Assembly (NCBI GenBank): GCA_030603365.1
Contig: JAUVXV010000008.1
Coordinates: 64,001-128,000, forward strand
Source: Candidatus Heimdallarchaeota archaeon
GTDB lineage: Archaea > Asgardarchaeota > Heimdallarchaeia > Heimdallarchaeales > Heimdallarchaeaceae
Reading direction: 5' to 3'
Length of the DNA stretch: 64,000 bases
Each line of letters opens with the position of its first letter. The stretch's first letter is position 1. This document shows positions 56,883 through 64,000 of the stretch, in pieces. Below the pieces are notes generated by a model. That model did not search any database. It was not told the DNA's origin and worked only from the letters and a program-made list of their open reading frames with translations. The translations under genes and the position numbers were made by a program.

Positions 56883-57485
56883 ATGACTGAAACGTATCAA
56901 ATGATTGTGTGTGGAGTTGGCGGTCAAGGGATATTAACCATCACGGATGTTATTGTAATGGCTGCTCAGAAAAAAGGATTAAGAGTTTTAGGTTCCGAAG
57001 TTCATGGAATGGCTCAAAAAGGTGGATCTGTTGTGACTAATCTTAAGCTAGGAAAAGAATTGCATTCACCAGTGACACCTATAGGAAGTTGTAAGGTACT
57101 AGTTGGTTTAGAACAAAATGAAACTTTGCGATATATGAAATACCTAGAACCAGAAGGAACTGTGATTACTTCTAAAACTGTTTTATATCCAATTTCTTGG
57201 AAAAAAGACAAAAACACTGCCCAATTAGCTAGGGAGAAAATAGAAGAAAACTTAGCAAAATATAAAGCTAGAATCATGAGAATAGATGCTGAAGGATTAG
57301 CAGTTGAAGCTGGGTTAGCTTTAACTCAAAACATTGTTCTGCTTGGTGCATTGTCACAAGTAAAGGATTTTCCACTATCTGCAGATGAATTGAAGGAAGC
57401 GTTAAAACTTAGAGTTCCTGCAAAGTATCTAGATCAGAATATAAAAGCCTTTGAGTTAGGTATAAGTACTGTATCTAACTTTTAG
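56883..57485 (+). CDS. iorB: Indolepyruvate:ferredoxin oxidoreductase beta subunit
   Basis: GVGGQG, SEVHGMAQKGGSV, NIVLLG and NIKAF motifs. Confidence 0.95.
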   Translation: MTETYQMIVCGVGGQGILTITDVIVMAAQKKGLRVLGSEVHGMAQKGGSVVTNLKLGKELHSPVTPIGSCKVLVGLEQNETLRYMKYLEPEGTVITSKTVLYPISWKKDKNTAQLAREKIEENLAKYKARIMRIDAEGLAVEAGLALTQNIVLLGALSQVKDFPLSADELKEALKLRVPAKYLDQNIKAFELGISTVSNF

Positions 57486-57540
57486 TAATTATTCTAGAAA
57501 AGCAAGACCAACAATGTATAGAGTTTAGTAGAAATAGTTC

Positions 57541-57852
57541 TTATTTTTCTTCATCAGGAAGTTGCACAGTTTCAATAATTTTTTCTCCTGCTACAACTTC
57601 ATCTACAGAGTGGATAGAGGATCCATAATCACGAAGTGTTTCTTGGATTTCATCAAACACTAGATTATCACCTACTATAGTAACATTGATTCCTTCAGTA
57701 CTAGAATCAGTTTCTGTTCTCATGATATTAACAGATTCTACACCATGTAATTCTGCAAGAGCATGGGCCAAAACATCCATTCTGGGCTGATGAGGTTTTA
57801 AAACATCTAATACAAGTCTTCTTATACGAACAGTTCTTGAGGAAGTAACCAT
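57541..57852 (-). CDS. DUF211 family protein
   Basis: IRRLVLDVLKPH...GVE.VN...SIHSVDEVVAG. Confidence 0.9.
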   Translation of the reverse strand: MVTSSRTVRIRRLVLDVLKPHQPRMDVLAHALAELHGVESVNIMRTETDSSTEGINVTIVGDNLVFDEIQETLRDYGSSIHSVDEVVAGEKIIETVQLPDEEK

Positions 57853-58060
57853 CTTTAATTCCCAATATATAATAAATTAACTAACTGGATTTTGTATGTT
57901 AGAATTCTTAAACTTTTAGATATGAAAATTGATAGCCAACTTTATTATATAATGACGTCTATTTGTATTTTGTTAGTTACCAGTAGGCAAAACCATATTA
58001 AATATAGTAAAAATTAAGAATTGGGAACTTTAAGTTACAACGTACAATAACGTGAGGTCT

Positions 58061-61000
58061 ATGTCGAAGAACTTTCCTTATGACTTATGGATGACAGCTG
58101 GAAGCGATGCTGGTATTAGCTTTGCAACAATTGGAAGTTTAGCAAAAGATTCAAGCATGATGCAGGGAATTCTCCTCTCTCTTCAAACACTTATGACAAC
58201 AGAAGTTAATGTGAGCAATTCACAATTTATGACAGGAGAAAATGAATATGTTAAATTCGGAACATTTACTCTTGCTGAAGAAGCTGATAATGTTGTTGTA
58301 CAATATGTGGTTAAATCGGATCAACCAAATAAACTGACAAAAGAAAACGAAATGCTGGTTCAAGAATTAGCTCTTTCATTTTGTCGATTTATCATATTAA
58401 CACCTAAATTTCATCAACACCTAGCAACTGGGAGAATGATATCATCAGACAATGTATCTAAAGCATTTCTAAAAGCTTGCACAATTGCTAAACAGAAGAT
58501 TTTTGTATCTAAAAACAACAAAGGACTTTTGGATTTAATTGATAAAAATCTGAAAAATATTGAAAAGGACAGTCTGAAATTCCCAACGGTTGCTCAACTT
58601 CGAAATCTGAAAGAATGGATAGGTGAGGATGAGAAATCTTGGGAAGATGGAGCTTTAGTTCCATTTAAACGTCAGCTACTAGTACAGATGGTTGCTCAAG
58701 ACATTTTGAATCAAATAATAACTGAGGATCCTTTTGTCCTAATAGAATTCGAAACCCCAAGATATGTTATTGAAGAAATTAGAAATCATATAGAAAGATT
58801 TCTCAGGGGTAAAGAAATCAAACCCAAAGAGCTTATTGAAGAGTACTTAGTCAAGAATATGGATAAAAAGGTTGCAGCTCAACTCAAGAAACTTTCAATC
58901 GATGAGATTCATTCTGCTAACTCCTTTATAGCCCACAACCTAGCAAAAGAGGTAATCTTTGCACTTTCTAAGGAAAATCCTATTTGTTCCTTAGTAGATT
59001 TTCGAAGTGTAGATTTATTTTCAGCAATTCGAAATCAGATAAGTACAGCTACAGAAGTTCCTAATCCGGGTAACATGATATGTGATGCTCTCATAGAAGA
59101 CGTTTCTCCCTTAGCATTACAGAGTGCAAGACTCTTTTACAATCAGCTCATACAACCATTTATAGGTAGAAAACTACCACCCAGTATTTGGAATGTAATT
59201 GTTGATTTCACATTTTCTATATTAGACGAAAAAAAGATTAAACCTTCTAACAAGAAAAAAGGAAAGAATAAGGGCACATCTATTGGTGTTAAACGCGATT
59301 TATTAAAAGAGAGAATATCAAAATTATCAGTAATTCAACCAAAATGGCAAAAGGAACTAACTAAGAAGTTCTCTGACATGGGTATAGGAAAACAACTTCA
59401 AATCTCTAATGTTGAAGAATCTGTTTTATTTGCAAGTGCATTAGAAAGAGCTATTATCACAACATTAGAAAAAATAGTAAAAGATCAGCTTTTCAATTCT
59501 AACTTAGGAGACATATTTTCTTATATGATTAATTCATTCAAAGCTATTGCTCCTAAAACAGTTTTTGTTAATATTCTTGAAGGAATTATGACTGATTTAA
59601 AAAACAGGAAATATGAAGCACCAACACAAATGGGTTTGAACACCAAAGATTTGATAAGTGCTGCAATTGAAGAAGGAACAATTAGAGCTCATGTAAATTC
59701 AGTACCAGTTCAGTTAAAGAAATTATTTTTCAAAGGTAGTTTTCTTCGATTTGATGGTAGAAAGATATCAGCAGCAGAGGTACTTCTAAAACAGGGAATA
59801 ACACTCAATGTTAGTAATAAAGTAATGCCACTTCGAGAAGCAGAGTGTGATGCTGAATTCTTGACAACTTGTTTTATGAATACAAAAATTCTCAAGAAAG
59901 CATATCCTAAGGCAATCCTTCGAGGCATGATTGAATCATATCTTCAGCAAATGTTCCATTTTGAAGGAGAAGTTTACAACCAACTAGATACTTTGATTAC
60001 TGTTTTTAATAGAGAAGTTGCTTCGAAATTAATACCAGCTCATCGATTACCTGACGTCAGAAATAGTTTTCCCTCTTTTCCACTCATTAGAGATGTTCCT
60101 CAAAAATTCACAGGGAAAAATTTCCACGATAGATGTCAGGAAAGCTGGAACGAGTATGCTCCAAAAATCCACAAAACGATACAAGATCTACTCACAGGTT
60201 TCTCTTCATTAAGGTTAAACGATTTAAACTATAAGAAGAAAGCTATGAAACTATACAATACAGCAACTAAAGAACTTAAGTATATTCGAAAGAATCTGAT
60301 TAAGAATTGGAGTCCATTAAACGACCAAATGACAAAAATGGTCGAAAATTGGTCAAAAGAAGTAAGTGTTGATCTTTCAGCTCATCTTGATACAATTAGA
60401 AAGCAAGCACACAATTGGGTAGGTAATGAATTTAAAATTCAAAAATTAGAATATGGCAAGTTCACAGTATCTGAGAAACAAAGTCTTAAGGAAATCATTG
60501 ATACCGTAAATAAACTAAATCCACAAGAAATTGCAGATTTGCCTAAGAATTTCATGGAAATAGCTATCTCTATCCTCTTATACAGAAGAATTCCTGAATA
60601 TGTGATAGATGAATCTTATACTCAAATGATAAGTGGGGAGAAAAAAATAGCTGATTCTGTTCTGAAAGCTTGGGGAAAAAGTCGTTCTAGGAAAGAATTT
60701 GAAAATAACTTATATCTTAATATGAGAGCTTTAGGAAATACTTTCACAAAGATGATCAATACCTATGGTAGACTTACAAGTACTTTGTTTGTAGAAAACG
60801 ATTTGGAGCTTTCTAGTGATATCAAAGGTTATTACATCATTTTAGGCAATCTTCCCAAGGAGATATATTTAACTAAAAATAGTGTTTTCGATATACTAAA
60901 ATTCCCAAATGTGGACGTTGTCAGTCATCCTAAGGACTGGGAAATCCGTTTGTATTTGGAACCTGATTATAAGAGAGAGATGGATGAATATAGAGACAGA

Positions 61001-61207
61001 TTAATCGTCATGAGTGATATTGTAGGGTTTGTTGCTCGCAAAAAATTTGATGAAAATACAGGTCCTGTTCTTGAAGGGATGAAATCTGTAATCTCTTATC
61101 TCATTGAAAATGGGGAAGCTAATATTATAGACCTTTCAGAAACAATAAAAGAAGCACTTTTCAGGCTCTCTGAATATCCTACAACTGTTACAGAGGAAAA
61201 AGAGTAA
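58061..61207 (+). CDS. Large (~1050 aa) hypothetical protein, N-terminal longin-like domain plus long helical body
   Basis: Long ORF with GAGGT SD before ATG 58061. N-terminal beta-beta-alpha (MMQGILLSLQTLMTTEV)-beta-beta-beta-alpha pattern resembles Asgard longin-like domains. Confidence 0.6.
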   Translation: MSKNFPYDLWMTAGSDAGISFATIGSLAKDSSMMQGILLSLQTLMTTEVNVSNSQFMTGENEYVKFGTFTLAEEADNVVVQYVVKSDQPNKLTKENEMLVQELALSFCRFIILTPKFHQHLATGRMISSDNVSKAFLKACTIAKQKIFVSKNNKGLLDLIDKNLKNIEKDSLKFPTVAQLRNLKEWIGEDEKSWEDGALVPFKRQLLVQMVAQDILNQIITEDPFVLIEFETPRYVIEEIRNHIERFLRGKEIKPKELIEEYLVKNMDKKVAAQLKKLSIDEIHSANSFIAHNLAKEVIFALSKENPICSLVDFRSVDLFSAIRNQISTATEVPNPGNMICDALIEDVSPLALQSARLFYNQLIQPFIGRKLPPSIWNVIVDFTFSILDEKKIKPSNKKKGKNKGTSIGVKRDLLKERISKLSVIQPKWQKELTKKFSDMGIGKQLQISNVEESVLFASALERAIITTLEKIVKDQLFNSNLGDIFSYMINSFKAIAPKTVFVNILEGIMTDLKNRKYEAPTQMGLNTKDLISAAIEEGTIRAHVNSVPVQLKKLFFKGSFLRFDGRKISAAEVLLKQGITLNVSNKVMPLREAECDAEFLTTCFMNTKILKKAYPKAILRGMIESYLQQMFHFEGEVYNQLDTLITVFNREVASKLIPAHRLPDVRNSFPSFPLIRDVPQKFTGKNFHDRCQESWNEYAPKIHKTIQDLLTGFSSLRLNDLNYKKKAMKLYNTATKELKYIRKNLIKNWSPLNDQMTKMVENWSKEVSVDLSAHLDTIRKQAHNWVGNEFKIQKLEYGKFTVSEKQSLKEIIDTVNKLNPQEIADLPKNFMEIAISILLYRRIPEYVIDESYTQMISGEKKIADSVLKAWGKSRSRKEFENNLYLNMRALGNTFTKMINTYGRLTSTLFVENDLELSSDIKGYYIILGNLPKEIYLTKNSVFDILKFPNVDVVSHPKDWEIRLYLEPDYKREMDEYRDRLIVMSDIVGFVARKKFDENTGPVLEGMKSVISYLIENGEANIIDLSETIKEALFRLSEYPTTVTEEKE

Positions 61208-61386
61208 GTTAGGAGAGTAAGCATCTAGAACGAGCTAAAATCTCATCTACATTTTTTTTCTATATGTTCTTTCTTTGTTCGAGGAGATTGATACCTGAGT
61301 TCAGTATTGAAAAATCACCTCACTGAACATCCCATTTCACCAGAAACCTACTCACTTTTTAAAACTGTTAAACTATTCAAAGCGTT

Positions 61387-62112
61387 TTATTTTGGTATTC
61401 TAGGGCCAAAAATAGCAGTACCAATTCTGATTAGATTTGAACCTTCTTCTATAGCTATTTCGTAATTACCTGACATTCCCATAGAGAGATGTAGTTCGTC
61501 TTTGTTCACCATTGGCATAAATTTTTCTTTAAAAATTTTGTAAGTTTTTGCGAAGAATTTTCTCAAAATCTGAGGTGTTGTTTCATATTTTAAAGGAGCA
61601 ATTGTCATTAAGCCTTGAATATCAATTGAAGTGTAATGTTGTGAAAGAGATAAGAACTTCATAAATTCTCCCTCATTGAGCCCTTTTCTGTTTTCGTCTT
61701 CACTGAAATCAACTTGAAGATAAATTGGATACAGCTGATTTCTCTTCTCTGCATACTTGTTAAGTAAAGAAAGAATCTTCTCAGTTTTTACACTTTGAAC
61801 TAAATCACATTTTTCAACCGCAAATTTAGTTTTATTGGATTGTAATTGTCCTACTACGTGTACAATAATTGATGGTAAATAACTTTTGATTTGGTTGATT
61901 TTCGCTTTAAGTTCAGTGCCGACAACTTCTCCCACATATTTCAGACCAGCGTCTAGAGCAGGTTCAATCCTTGCCATCTCTATTCTTTTTGTTACACCAA
62001 CAATTGTAATATCTGAAATATCTCTACCAGAAAGAGAAGAACTTTTCTCTACTCTTCGAACTACTTCTTGATAGTTAGAATTGACATTAACCTCAGCTGA
62101 TATATCAGACAT
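61387..62112 (-). CDS. yggS: YggS/PLPBP pyridoxal-phosphate homeostasis protein
   Basis: VGVTK, GQLQSNK, GLMTIAP and LSMGMSGNYEIAIEEGSNLIRIGTAIFG motifs. Confidence 0.93.
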   Translation of the reverse strand: MSDISAEVNVNSNYQEVVRRVEKSSSLSGRDISDITIVGVTKRIEMARIEPALDAGLKYVGEVVGTELKAKINQIKSYLPSIIVHVVGQLQSNKTKFAVEKCDLVQSVKTEKILSLLNKYAEKRNQLYPIYLQVDFSEDENRKGLNEGEFMKFLSLSQHYTSIDIQGLMTIAPLKYETTPQILRKFFAKTYKIFKEKFMPMVNKDELHLSMGMSGNYEIAIEEGSNLIRIGTAIFGPRIPK

Positions 62113-62147
62113 TAATTGAACTTTAAATTACTTTAAGAAAAGTATTA

Positions 62148-62954
62148 CTATAGAGAGATGTCTTTTTTATCAAAGAGAACTCTTCCTTCCATACCCCCAT
62201 GAACCATAATGGTATTTCCAGAAATATGCCCTGCGGCACTATCTGATAACAAGAATACAACTGTTTTAGCAACATCTTCTGATTTTGCAATTTTTTTCAT
62301 GGGGATTGTTTGGAGTACTTTCCTTAATTCATTTTTATCTCCTAAAGCTTCTTTCGCCATTTCAGTTAAAACCCATCCAGGTGCGACAGTATTAACTCGT
62401 CCGAAAGGAGCAAAATTAACAATTTCATTCTTCCATGTATTTGTTAACCCATATTGTAAAGCAGCTTTAGTAGCAGAATAATCAGAGTGACCAGCTTCAC
62501 CAAAAAGACCAGCAGTTGAACCAATTAATACTAATGAAGCATTTGAATTGGGATATTCTCTCAGATTTTTAAAAAACTCTTTAACACACAAGAAGACTCC
62601 AGTTAGATTTACATCCAGTGTATTCTTCCACTGAACTAAATCTATGTCAGATGTAAGTTTTGGAGAGGAAGACCAGATTCCAGCATTTGCTATCAACCCA
62701 TCAATTCTACCAAAATGATTATTTGCTTTTGAAAAAATATCTTGTACATCGCTTTCTTTTCTTAAATCTCCCTTAAGAAGAACGACTTTTTCAGTAATAT
62801 ACTTATTCTGCAATTCTTGAGCTTTTTTTGCATTTTTATGATAATGAATGGAAACTTTGGTACCTTCAAGAGTTAACTGTTCTATAATAGCTCTACCTAT
62901 ACCTCCAGTGCCACCAGTAACAAGAATGTGTTTATCAGTGAGTTCAAGTTCCAT
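62148..62954 (-). CDS. Short-chain dehydrogenase/reductase
   Basis: TGGTGGIG, NAG, YSATK and RVNTVAPG motifs. Confidence 0.93.
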   Translation of the reverse strand: MELELTDKHILVTGGTGGIGRAIIEQLTLEGTKVSIHYHKNAKKAQELQNKYITEKVVLLKGDLRKESDVQDIFSKANNHFGRIDGLIANAGIWSSSPKLTSDIDLVQWKNTLDVNLTGVFLCVKEFFKNLREYPNSNASLVLIGSTAGLFGEAGHSDYSATKAALQYGLTNTWKNEIVNFAPFGRVNTVAPGWVLTEMAKEALGDKNELRKVLQTIPMKKIAKSEDVAKTVVFLLSDSAAGHISGNTIMVHGGMEGRVLFDKKDISL

Positions 62955-63056
62955 GGGTTTAAAAAACTAATACCGGATTTTAAACTTATTTGAGTATGAT
63001 TCCATCTTCATTGAATAAATTTATATTTACTTTTGCTTTCAAAGAAATTGATTAGA

Positions 63057-64000
63057 ATGTCTAACGATTTTATAGATAAAGCATTAAGTAAGTTAGAATC
63101 TTTAAAACTATCTTATGCAGATATTCGTGCAGAAAATTCTCTAATGACACAAATACGTACAGTAAATGGTCGTGTCGAAACCAGTACGACAGGTATAGAA
63201 TCAGGTATAGGAATTAGGATTCTTAGCGATGGTACTTGGGGATTTGCTTACGGTCCAATGGAGAGTTATGAAGATGTAATTGAGATGGCAATTGAAGTTA
63301 ATAAACTTAATCTCAGACATAAAAAGAGAGACATCAAACTTGCTGAAGTCAAGATTGTTGAAGATTCTTTTGAAGGAGAACAGAAGAAGAAAATCGAGGA
63401 CACAGGTTTTGATGAGAAAATAGAATTAACTTTGGAAGCTGATAAAGCTCAAGAAGATGAAAAGATCAAATCTAGAACAACACTGTATAGAGAAGTTCTT
63501 AGAAGAATAACACTTGTGACCACCGAAGGAACAAAAATAGAATATAATGTCCCTTATGTCATGATGTATGCACTCTCAGTAGCTAGAGAGGAAAGTGAAA
63601 CGATAGAAGGATACAGCAGAATAGGTCATTTAGGTGGTTTAGATATATTTGAACTGAGATCACCATCAGAGTTAGGTGAAAAAGCCAAGGAAAGAGCACT
63701 TGAAGGATTAAAATCTCCCAAAATTAATGGTGGAAGATATCCTGTTGTTTTAGATGGAACAATCAATCATCTCTTTTCTCATGAAGCTGCAGGTCATAGT
63801 GCAGAAGGTGACTTTGTTCAAACTGCTGGAGTTCTAAGAGGGAAAATCGGTAAGAAAGTAGGATCTCCACATGTAAATCTAATCGATGATGGTTCTATGA
63901 AAGAATCCTCTGGTATCAACTCCTTTGGTTATTTGAAATATGATGATGAAGGCATTCCTGGACAGAAAACCTTTGTAATCAAAGATGGTATTCTCAAAAC
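63057..64000 (+). CDS. tldD: TldD-family metalloprotease, 3'-truncated by window edge (not in ORF track)
   Basis: Own translation: MSNDFIDKAL...YADIRAE...GIGIRILSDGTWGFAY...HEAAGHSAEGD...YDDEG. Confidence 0.92.
   Translation, partial: MSNDFIDKALSKLESLKLSYADIRAENSLMTQIRTVNGRVETSTTGIESGIGIRILSDGTWGFAYGPMESYEDVIEMAIEVNKLNLRHKKRDIKLAEVKIVEDSFEGEQKKKIEDTGFDEKIELTLEADKAQEDEKIKSRTTLYREVLRRITLVTTEGTKIEYNVPYVMMYALSVAREESETIEGYSRIGHLGGLDIFELRSPSELGEKAKERALEGLKSPKINGGRYPVVLDGTINHLFSHEAAGHSAEGDFVQTAGVLRGKIGKKVGSPHVNLIDDGSMKESSGINSFGYLKYDDEGIPGQKTFVIKDGILK

Noticed and set aside
56877-56885. iorA and iorB in frame across one TAA (readthrough fusion)
   Set aside because: TAA directly followed by ATG, with a GGTGG SD-like sequence upstream, is ordinary translational coupling
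927-62481. Many 60-130 aa ORFs antisense to well-supported genes (e.g. 927-1205, 4703-5083, 7090-7485, 17889-18326, 27127-27498, 62209-62481)
   Set aside because: Shadow ORFs with no recognisable motifs, lying opposite confident CDS
1-64000. CRISPR arrays, tRNA/rRNA, IS elements, SECIS or C/D-box RNAs
   Set aside because: None recognised by eye: no spaced direct repeats, GC-rich structural RNA blocks or transposase motifs. Short RNAs could be missed without Infernal or tRNAscan.

Overview
AT-rich, gene-dense archaeal chromosomal segment, most likely from an Asgard archaeon (Heimdallarchaeia-like). The taxon call is an inference from an ESCRT-II Vps22/36-like gene, a large protein with an Asgard-type longin-like N-terminus, and archaeal rpS17e, SmAP, GINS23, Hel308, NurA-HerA and RIO2. 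There are about 55 CDS, mostly housekeeping. They include a replication/repair cluster (MCM with two inteins, Hel308, GINS, pyrG, nurA-herA), RNA/ribosome factors, transporters, lipid/isoprenoid genes (class II HMG-CoA reductase, two tandem inositol-3-phosphate synthases, a polyprenyl synthase), a very divergent NuoJ/K/L/N-like membrane module, iorAB and a partial tldD. I saw no rRNA, tRNA, CRISPR array or transposase. Signals not visible in the ORF track: (1) a MoxR AAA+ gene and a VWA gene joined by an A_AAA_AAA slippery heptamer whose -1 frame runs open into the VWA gene (candidate programmed frameshift); (2) a broken N-terminal fragment of the archaeal lipid gene carS in an 'intergenic' gap; (3) a strong hairpin overlapping a TATA/SD/25-codon micro-ORF between convergent genes. 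All family calls come from motif recognition by eye; no searches were run.
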